Source of the DNA: a virus
Lineage: Duplodnaviria; Caudoviricetes
IMG/VR virus record: IMGVR_UViG_3300044836_000007
Location: 1-43,470 of that record
DNA: 43,470 bases
Direction: 5' to 3' (one strand)
Each line of letters begins with the position of its first letter. Position 1 is the first letter of the stretch. The position numbers and the translations under genes are program-made. Of the stretch, positions 37,166-43,470 are shown one piece after another. Below the pieces are notes generated by a model. It was not told the DNA's origin and searched no databases. It was given only the letters and a program-made list of their open reading frames with translations.

Positions 37166-38053
37166 CTATCTCGCTTTCACAATGGTCTTGCCGATGCCCG
37201 AAGCGGGCTGGACATAGAGATGTCCGTTCGGTTGAAGGATAACGCGCTCGCCCGGCTTTGCATACTTTCCGCCAGTCGTCCGAGAATTCCATAGGGCAAA
37301 TCGCTTGCCCTTCTTGTCGAATCCGTAGAGCACGAAATTGCCGTCAGGCTGAAGGACAGCATAGGTCTTGGCGTGGTTGCCAACCTTGGCAGCCTGAGCT
37401 GCGCTCGTAGCCCAGATCAGCTTTCGGCCAGCGGCGTCATATCGCATTTCTACGAGTATCGAGTTAGCGCCAACCGTAAGTCGATACGAGCCATTGACAA
37501 GATAGTCGTTAGGCCACATTACCTGCCCCTGCAGAAGGTCGTAACCAAACTTGGTAGGAGGCAACGGAGGGCTCGGGGTCACGGGCGGGGGCTTGATTAC
37601 TGTCGGAGGCTTTACTTCTGCTGGAGCAGCGGGAACCGCCTTCTTGAGAATGTGGTTACCGTGACGAGGTGAGTGACCGCGCCAATGCTGGGCCGGGAAA
37701 CGTCGAGAATATTCCGTAAATGACACCTCTCCGACACCCGAGCCGGGGAACATGGTCGATGCACAGATCATCCAGCCGGGACGAGTGACAAGCCCGACAT
37801 GGTTGGTCCAGTATACGAAATCACCTTGCTTGGAAGTCTCAGGTCGTGGATCGAGCCCTCCCGAAGCGTTCCCGGCAAGAGCTGCACTTTCATAGGCATC
37901 CGTGCCGAATAGACCAGCGTTGTTCATAAGCTGTTCGCACCACGATCGACCGGCAGGAACACCCGCCCACGGCCCACCCTGATGCTTGGTCGGATGTGCC
38001 TTGATCCATGCAATCGCCTCGGCATACGTGCGAGGCCCCTCAACTACGGCCAT
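37166..38053 (-). CDS. Endolysin: CHAP/NlpC-like catalytic domain, Pro linker, bulb-type lectin domain
   Basis: WCEQ...GDFVYWTNHVGL; Pro-rich linker; LQPDGNFVLY (QxDxNxVxY). Confidence 0.78.
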   Translation of the reverse strand: MAVVEGPRTYAEAIAWIKAHPTKHQGGPWAGVPAGRSWCEQLMNNAGLFGTDAYESAALAGNASGGLDPRPETSKQGDFVYWTNHVGLVTRPGWMICASTMFPGSGVGEVSFTEYSRRFPAQHWRGHSPRHGNHILKKAVPAAPAEVKPPTVIKPPPVTPSPPLPPTKFGYDLLQGQVMWPNDYLVNGSYRLTVGANSILVEMRYDAAGRKLIWATSAAQAAKVGNHAKTYAVLQPDGNFVLYGFDKKGKRFALWNSRTTGGKYAKPGERVILQPNGHLYVQPASGIGKTIVKAR

Positions 38054-38065
38054 TTTCGTGCCTCC

Positions 38066-39172
38066 TTAGAGATCAGTAATTCCAAAAAATTTGACAGTGC
38101 CTGTCATCGCTGTGCCCGATGTCGAGACGATCTTTATCCCGTCATATGCCGCTGTAAGTCGATGAAGAAAACCCTTCTGTGCAATGACGTTGGATATTCC
38201 AGCAGCCATCGGGTTTGTGAGCCCAAGCACATTAGCCATGCCTTGGGTGCTTGCTGCTACAGCAGGCGAAAAGAGAGTCAGCTCGCCTACATGCTTACGG
38301 CTCGATGCACTAGCTCCAATTGACCAACTTCCTGCAGCAAGCGTTTGGCCGCCGACAGCTCCTGCAGAACTGGTCGAGTTGGCTGTTACATCATAGTTTC
38401 CCGTGGTGTCGACAACAGTGGCCGCTACGAGCTGGGCGTTCACTGAATCTACAGCAGCTACGTCAAGTGCGTACACCACCCGGTACTGGTTGAAATTACT
38501 GGTAAACACCCCGTTGGCAACCCCGCCCACCGTGTTCGCGGCAAAGGTCATGGTGTTTCCGACGAGGGACGCGAGTGCACCGGTCACGCTCGTTGGCCGA
38601 ATTGGGGTCCAAGCCAGCTTTGCCTGCCACGCTGTACCGTTGTACTCGAACAGCGCGTTGTTCACATCGGTCTGGAGAGACTGGGCGCCGTTGATGAGGT
38701 AGGCACCCGCAGCCTTGGCAAATTCAGTAGTTCGTGCAGCGGAGTTAGCGAATATTCCGGGGGCTATCTGCACCCACGTGGTGTTTGCCGAGTTGCGCAT
38801 GAACGCCCAGCCGAGCGCCGATCGAACATTCACCACGTCTCCCGGCAATGCATCGACAATCCCAGCCAACGAGTCCAAGTCGGCAATCGAATAATCCGTC
38901 GAGCCACCGCGCTCGGCGCCGGGAGCCAACCACTGCCCGGCCGCGTTGTTCCAAATCCTGATACGTGTGGTATCAGATTCGTAGATAGGCAAACCATCGT
39001 AGGGAGTGAGCGGTCTTGTCCCCGACGTGACGTTGCGGAAACCTGTGCTCAGGTCAATGAGATCAAAGTTTGAGTTGAGACGGTCGATGTCGGCAATCTC
39101 ATCCGGCGTAATCAATCCAGAAAGGCCACCTCCCGGCTTGTACAACTGCAGCTTTGTAGTCAGTCCGCTCAT
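38066..39172 (-). CDS. Tail fibre / minor tail protein
   Basis: TTKLQLYKP..LNSNFDLID N-terminus; TRP...DT..W and YNGTAW repeats; beta-rich C-terminus. Confidence 0.75.
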   Translation of the reverse strand: MSGLTTKLQLYKPGGGLSGLITPDEIADIDRLNSNFDLIDLSTGFRNVTSGTRPLTPYDGLPIYESDTTRIRIWNNAAGQWLAPGAERGGSTDYSIADLDSLAGIVDALPGDVVNVRSALGWAFMRNSANTTWVQIAPGIFANSAARTTEFAKAAGAYLINGAQSLQTDVNNALFEYNGTAWQAKLAWTPIRPTSVTGALASLVGNTMTFAANTVGGVANGVFTSNFNQYRVVYALDVAAVDSVNAQLVAATVVDTTGNYDVTANSTSSAGAVGGQTLAAGSWSIGASASSRKHVGELTLFSPAVAASTQGMANVLGLTNPMAAGISNVIAQKGFLHRLTAAYDGIKIVSTSGTAMTGTVKFFGITDL

Positions 39173-39174
39173 GG

Positions 39175-39882
39175 TTATCCCTCCAGTGCCTGCAGTGATC
39201 CAGCGTACAGGGCCACATCAGCCATGATCGCCTTTCTAATCTCTGGATTTGTCTCGTGTCTAATCAGCGCCTCGATGAACTTCATCACGACAGTCCGTGC
39301 ATCCTCGACCTGCCGGGCTGCCGGATCGTACCGGCCGCTCATAGCGAAGTGCAGCTCGATCGCGCGCATGTTCCTCGCCTCGACCTCGCTCAGGAAAGCA
39401 ATCATTGCCATCGGTGCGGATGCCTCGAACATCGCCTCGGCACGCTTGGCGTAGGTTGCGCTGAACAGCGGCTGCTTCATCCACGCCTCGTACTTGGCGA
39501 ACGGAATGCCCAGCTCTTTCATCTTGGTCGCCGTCGAGCGCCTGTCACTCGGATCGAGCAGCTTTAGTAGCGCGTACCCCTGCTCCTGCGTGAGGCCCGG
39601 ATTCTCGCCCCACTCGACACCCCGATACTGGAGGGCCGTCTTGAACTCGTCGGTGAGGAAGAGACGGGCATAGACCTCTTTTTTGATCTTCGGCCAGAAG
39701 AGGTAGCAGTCGTCCACTGAGGGGCGAAATCCGTTCGCACGGTAGGCACCGTCAGCAGCAGCCACAGCATTACGAAAAGCAAGATCAGTAAAACCACTAG
39801 GGGTCGCAACGCGCTGGAAACGCCCGTCTGCGTTGCGTACTGCAATGGCCTTGTTCTGAATAACGATCTCATCATCAGCCAT
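39175..39882 (-). CDS. Putative terminase small subunit (HTH)
   Basis: HTH-like KMKELGIPFAKYEAWMKQPLF; AIELHFAMSGRY; upstream of terL. Confidence 0.55.
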   Translation of the reverse strand: MADDEIVIQNKAIAVRNADGRFQRVATPSGFTDLAFRNAVAAADGAYRANGFRPSVDDCYLFWPKIKKEVYARLFLTDEFKTALQYRGVEWGENPGLTQEQGYALLKLLDPSDRRSTATKMKELGIPFAKYEAWMKQPLFSATYAKRAEAMFEASAPMAMIAFLSEVEARNMRAIELHFAMSGRYDPAARQVEDARTVVMKFIEALIRHETNPEIRKAIMADVALYAGSLQALEG

Positions 39883-40423
39883 GATATTTCAGTCGCCAAT
39901 CCGACTGCAATTTCTGCAGCTCTTCGAGGTGAGCAACCTCAGCCTCACACAGTGCATCGTGGATCACTGTCGGCATGGAATGGGTCACCCCAGTCGTGTA
40001 GCGGAGTACCGAACTCGCCGGTACCTTGAGCGTCTTACAGAAGCTCTGAACGGAGCCGGTCGTCGCCTTGATGTAAAAATGGAAGGGACTAAGGCTGGCT
40101 GTCCGCTGTTGGGGAGGCAGTACATTGAAAACGTCGTGCGCAGCACGTCTTGCGGCGTGTTGATGAGCTTCATAGGCAGCACCCAGCGTTGGTACTCCCC
40201 AGCCTGCTCGTAAGATTGCTTCAGCCGGGACACCCTTTGCGTGACACTCTTCACCGATCGCCTGCCGTTGGTACTCACTGAGCTGTACATACTGTGCCGT
40301 TTCTATGTACGTAAGCGTGGTCTTGGCTAGCTCATACTTCTTAGCGAAATCTCGTGTTGAAATACCACAAGCCATGCGAAGAGCGCGATACGGATTTTCA
40401 CTCAATTGTTCATTACCGAGCAT
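39875..40423 (-). CDS. Tandem XRE-like HTH DNA-binding protein
   Basis: LRMACGISTRDFAKKYELAKTTLTYIE and SVQSFCKTLKVPASSVLRYTTG; TAATG coupling at 40423. Confidence 0.7.
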   Translation of the reverse strand: MLGNEQLSENPYRALRMACGISTRDFAKKYELAKTTLTYIETAQYVQLSEYQRQAIGEECHAKGVPAEAILRAGWGVPTLGAAYEAHQHAARRAAHDVFNVLPPQQRTASLSPFHFYIKATTGSVQSFCKTLKVPASSVLRYTTGVTHSMPTVIHDALCEAEVAHLEELQKLQSDWRLKYHG

Positions 40424-40698
40424 TATGCGCTTACCCCTGAGTCCCCTGCCGACAGTGCTTCTTCTGGCGTGTCGCGGAAGTCGAACCACCCACCGTCGTT
40501 GATGTAAATGGTCTGGCCGATCTCGACAATGTGGGTCGTTCCGTGGGTGTTCAGGTACAGCCGTTCGAAACCCGGCGCCCGGTCCGTGGTCTGCGCCGAG
40601 GCAAGGCTCTGCCCGGTCGGGCTCAGCGAGTTGATCCACTCGACCATTGACCCATCGTTGAGGTTGTCCAGTGTCAGCTCGTTCTCGTTGACATTCAT
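40423..40698 (-). CDS. Hypothetical protein
   Basis: GAGGGG RBS; 91 aa. Confidence 0.7.
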   Translation of the reverse strand: MNVNENELTLDNLNDGSMVEWINSLSPTGQSLASAQTTDRAPGFERLYLNTHGTTHIVEIGQTIYINDGGWFDFRDTPEEALSAGDSGVSA

Positions 40699-40705
40699 GT
40701 GTCAA
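40688..40705. promoter_or_regulatory. Dyad TTGACA-N6-TGTCAA, perfect copy over a start codon
   Basis: TTGACATTCATGTGTCAA. Confidence 0.6.
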
Positions 40706-40790
40706 AACCCCTCAAAGTTTAGGTGCCCGTTTTCGGCTTCTTGCGATGGGCTTCGCTCAATGACCCTCAAGATTCCAAGATGGTGGCCTG

Positions 40791-40858
40791 TTCCCCTGAC
40801 TGGACTCGAACCAGCTTCTGCCGTGGTCACGCAGTTCATTCGCCCGCGCTACAGGGGA
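40791..40858 (-). ncRNA. tRNA-like RNA, non-canonical
   Basis: Acceptor TCCCCTG/CAGGGGA plus A, T8-A9-G10-C11, T-arm GCTGG-TTCGAGT-CCAGT; no D-stem; atypical central arm. Confidence 0.7.
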
Positions 40859-40862
40859 GGTG

Positions 40863-41213
40863 TTACTTGACGATGATGTTTTCGCCCTCGTCATCCTTGG
40901 TCAGGCTCTTCAGCCCGGTCAGGATCGTGCCGAGGCTGTGCGCCTTCTCCACCGACGTGATGATCGCCGCGTCGCCCACCCAGCCGAATGGCTTGATCGA
41001 CACCCGCTCGGTGCCCAGCAGCTCAGTCACCGTCACGCTCCACTCGGGCGGTACGTATTCCTGAGTTTCCGGGTCTTTCTTGGCTGCCCTCGGCGCGCGC
41101 TTTGCCTTCGCACTCGGCGTCTTACCGGCCGGTTTCGACACCACCGGTTCTGCCTTGGTTGCCTCGGGCACGGATGTCGGTTCTGGCTTTTTGACTTCTT
41201 CTTTGTTGGCCAT
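40863..41213 (-). CDS. Hypothetical protein
   Basis: AAAGGAGG RBS; Lys/Pro-rich N-terminus. Confidence 0.75.
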   Translation of the reverse strand: MANKEEVKKPEPTSVPEATKAEPVVSKPAGKTPSAKAKRAPRAAKKDPETQEYVPPEWSVTVTELLGTERVSIKPFGWVGDAAIITSVEKAHSLGTILTGLKSLTKDDEGENIIVK

Positions 41214-41242
41214 CGCTGGCCTCCTTTCGCTTTGTCTTCAGA

Positions 41243-41365
41243 TTAGCGCGTTGCGCCCTGTGTGGGCGGTGGAACTAGGTTGTCCCGGCTCTCGCCACAG
41301 TCGTAGCACTTGTACGTGCCGTCCGGCTGCCTCCACCAATCGTGTTCGTGGTCGTGTGTTTCCAT
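41243..41365 (-). CDS. Small protein, 40 aa (METHDHEHDWW...CYDC)
   Basis: Fills the operon gap; HxH...CxxC; absent from the ORF track. Confidence 0.55.
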   Translation of the reverse strand: METHDHEHDWWRQPDGTYKCYDCGESRDNLVPPPTQGATR

Positions 41366-41367
41366 TG

Positions 41368-41544
41368 TCAGCTTCTCTCATCGACGTGGTTCAGGATGTA
41401 ATGCTCAGCGAAATCTGCATGGCTGGTAAATTCATCCCCGCACCTGCACATCAGCATCTGGCTTCCGTCCTCGTGTGTCGTAATCAACGCCTTGACGACC
41501 AGCCCCCAACTTCCGTCTTTATGGATCACGACCTTGGCGTTCAT
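41368..41544 (-). CDS. Small zinc-finger-like protein
   Basis: ATGA overlap; CRC...H...H. Confidence 0.6.
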   Translation of the reverse strand: MNAKVVIHKDGSWGLVVKALITTHEDGSQMLMCRCGDEFTSHADFAEHYILNHVDERS

Positions 41545-41786
41545 GGCTGCTGCACGTAAATCCAACTGTGCAGGCAGTCCGTGTGCGGCAGACAAATTCC
41601 CGAGCCCGTTGTCACAGGGTACGTTGGCACGAACTCGAACGGGCTTGGGCCTTGCGTGTGCGTGGAGGGCGCCACCGCTGTGACGAACACCAAGACCAGC
41701 GATGCCAGTGTCAAAGCCAGCATGGTCAGCATCACAATCGTCACGGTCTTTTGCCCCATCGTGGGGTCGGGGTCGTAGTCCTTCAT
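41541..41786 (-). CDS. Small membrane protein
   Basis: MKDYDP...; one TM segment; stop/start overlap. Confidence 0.6.
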   Translation of the reverse strand: MKDYDPDPTMGQKTVTIVMLTMLALTLASLVLVFVTAVAPSTHTQGPSPFEFVPTYPVTTGSGICLPHTDCLHSWIYVQQP

Positions 41787-42127
41787 CACACTGCCTTCTT
41801 CGATTTGGCATTGCCTGTATTCTCGTCGGGCCATTGCCCATTTGCCAGCCATTCGGCAGTCATCGACAGCGCGTGTCGAGATGCTCCAATGCCGAGCGTG
41901 TGCAGTGTGGCAAGCCGTCGTGCCTCTGCCAATGCTTCTTGGTCGACACCTGCCAGCGCTTGCTGCGTTCGTGTCAGCGCAACCGCAACCGCGTTACGCT
42001 CGCTCACCAAGTGATCGATCGTGGCCTCGTGCTGGAGGATGACCAGTTGCTTGTTCGACAGTGCCACGTTCAAGGTGTCGATCTCTTCTGCCAGCTTTTT
42101 CTTGCTGGGCTTTCCGAACAGCTTCAT
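41786..42127 (-). CDS. Hypothetical coiled-coil protein
   Basis: AGGT RBS; 113 aa. Confidence 0.7.
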   Translation of the reverse strand: MKLFGKPSKKKLAEEIDTLNVALSNKQLVILQHEATIDHLVSERNAVAVALTRTQQALAGVDQEALAEARRLATLHTLGIGASRHALSMTAEWLANGQWPDENTGNAKSKKAV

Positions 42128-42135
42128 TTCGACAC

Positions 42136-42465
42136 CTACCTCGCCGTATCCAGAGTGATCATCCCACCAGGGCTCATCGTGGCCCCGGTGATGTCTCCAG
42201 CGGCTTTGTAGTCAATGCCTTGGAGTGCCAGCTCCTTGTGCATCGAGCCGACCAGCGCATACAACGCATCCAGTGCCTCGTGCGTTTTGGGCAGCTCGAT
42301 CGTCGTGCGGGTATTCGAATACCCCGAGTAGCGGCCAGTCAGCGTGACCCTCTTGGCACTGACCACCGCTACAAGATCGTGCAATTTGACGTCATCCAAC
42401 TTGACCGCGTAACTCGCGGTTCTGCGCTCAGGCGTGATGTGGATGTTGGGGACTACTTCAGTCAT
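42136..42465 (-). CDS. Hypothetical protein, first gene of the leftward arm
   Basis: 109 aa downstream of the TGGTAAGCTCA repeats. Confidence 0.7.
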   Translation of the reverse strand: MTEVVPNIHITPERRTASYAVKLDDVKLHDLVAVVSAKRVTLTGRYSGYSNTRTTIELPKTHEALDALYALVGSMHKELALQGIDYKAAGDITGATMSPGGMITLDTAR

Positions 42466-42485
42466 GGTGTTCCAATCTGTTGGGT

Positions 42486-42532
42486 CGAGCTTAGCAGGAT
42501 GAGCTTACCATCGCAATAGCTTGAGCTTACCA
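42486..42532 (-). promoter_or_regulatory. Three TG(G/C)TAAGCTC motifs; leftward promoter region
   Basis: Copies at 42521-42532, 42500-42510 and 42486-42496 (degenerate). Confidence 0.65.
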
Positions 42533-42603
42533 GAGGGCAGAATTCAGGGATGGGAGACACCCGATGCTGGAAGCAAATGGACGTTTCAACCGTGCAACAT
42601 CAA

Positions 42604-42631
42604 TTGATTGAATTGAATCAGTCGGCACAAT
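42604..42631 (+). promoter_or_regulatory. Putative rightward promoter
   Basis: TTGATT, 16-nt spacer, CACAAT in the AT-rich divergent gap. Confidence 0.4.
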
Positions 42632-42659
42632 GTCGACGCTTGAGAAAAGGATTGAAGCA

Positions 42660-43388
42660 ATGACTGAGACAATGACAACTGCTACACCCCGCTATGTCGA
42701 GCACACTCCCGCCGAACTGCGCCGCAATCTGACTGACATTGCCAACTACGCCCGCAACTACTTCCCGCACGAGGGTGAGGATTGGTCAGGGCTCAACAGC
42801 TGGTGGGCCAACCCTGACAGTCGAGAGACCATTAGGCGGGGTAGCGGCCTCACGGCACGCCTGATTGAGGCGGCCTACTACGAGAACGACCAACGTGACG
42901 CGATAGTCCTCAACGAGCTGCGCAGTGAGCCGCACTTCTCGACCGATGAGGCCAATGACATCGATCAGGTTATTCACGACGAGTTCCCCGGCCCTATCCC
43001 GGACAACAAGATGGCCAAGCTTCGCGCACTGGCACAGGAGCGCGTCGACCTTCGGGCAACCGTGGCTCGCTTGACAGCAGCAGTGACAGAGGCCAACAAC
43101 CGAGCATTGACGGACATCACGGACGGGCAGGACGAACGCATTCGCGACCTCATGTACAAGGCAGCGGTTGAGGCTGACGAACGCGGCTACTGCGAGGTGT
43201 ACGACTCCATCGCTTCAGCCGTGGGCCTGTGGAACCGGGATGACCTCGGCCTGAGCAAACGTACCTACGTGTTTGATCTCACTGCCACAGTCAACCTAAC
43301 GCCGGATGAGGCTGACGGGATGACTGGCTATGACCTCGTGAGAGACTACCCCACATCGATCGAGGTTACCGACTATCAGGAGTCGTAG
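42660..43388 (+). CDS. Hypothetical early protein
   Basis: Long ORF; GAAAAGG RBS before ATG 42660; coiled-coil middle. Confidence 0.8.
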   Translation: MTETMTTATPRYVEHTPAELRRNLTDIANYARNYFPHEGEDWSGLNSWWANPDSRETIRRGSGLTARLIEAAYYENDQRDAIVLNELRSEPHFSTDEANDIDQVIHDEFPGPIPDNKMAKLRALAQERVDLRATVARLTAAVTEANNRALTDITDGQDERIRDLMYKAAVEADERGYCEVYDSIASAVGLWNRDDLGLSKRTYVFDLTATVNLTPDEADGMTGYDLVRDYPTSIEVTDYQES

Positions 43389-43470
43389 TCATGGACACGC
43401 TGGCACCCCATCGCTGGGAACATGCCCGGCGAGAACTGCTCATCCAAACCGGCCGGACAACAGAACAGGA
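43344..43470. repeat. 127-bp terminal duplication (copy 2)
   Basis: Identical to 1-127. Confidence 0.95.

Noticed and set aside
40424-40705. 276-aa version of ORF 39875-40705
   Set aside because: The extension overlaps the 40423-40698 gene; the real start is likely ATG 40423 by TAATG coupling
40791-40858. UGA suppressor tRNA explaining the primase stop, or an attP site
   Set aside because: No TCA anticodon in the central loop; no integrase in the genome
43344-43470. Biological direct terminal repeat
   Set aside because: The length of exactly 127 matches an assembler k-mer overlap and it cuts through a gene; real termini cannot be read from this sequence
1-43470. Genome-wide stop-codon reassignment
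   Set aside because: Standard code gives dense, intact, overlap-coupled genes ending in TAA, TAG and TGA

Overview
This window is a complete, circularly assembled dsDNA phage genome of about 43,343 bp. Bases 43344-43470 duplicate bases 1-127, an assembler-type overlap. Gene content fits a lytic, podovirus-like phage of Actinobacteria: no integrase, no tape-measure or tail-tube genes, but adaptor and nozzle genes and large internal virion proteins. From recall it resembles Arthrobacter/Microbacteriaceae podoviruses, which is unverified. The + strand (42660 through the junction to 16705) carries small early genes and a replication module: SprT-like protease, HTH protein, SNF2 helicase, HNH, Orn-like exonuclease, Cas4/RecB-like nuclease, Sak4-like ATPase, SSB, RepB'-like primase, RepA-like helicase, PolA and RuvC-like resolvase. 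The - strand (42465 to 16784) carries late genes: tandem-HTH protein, putative TerS, tail fibre, endolysin, holin, TerL, portal, scaffold, capsid, adaptor, nozzle, internal proteins and NlpC/P60. The two arms converge on a 15-bp inverted repeat. The most notable signals are: (1) an 18-bp dyad TTGACA-N6-TGTCAA occurring 7 times genome-wide, mostly inside genes; (2) a 68-nt tRNA-like RNA with canonical acceptor and T arms but no D-stem or canonical anticodon loop; (3) primase and helicase in one frame separated by a single TGA; (4) a 600-bp non-coding region with nested hairpins and AT-rich repeats, a candidate origin or ncRNA; (5) a repeated TGGTAAGCTCAA promoter-like motif; (6) an overprinted membrane-protein gene upstream of the portal. 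All calls are by eye, without database searches.
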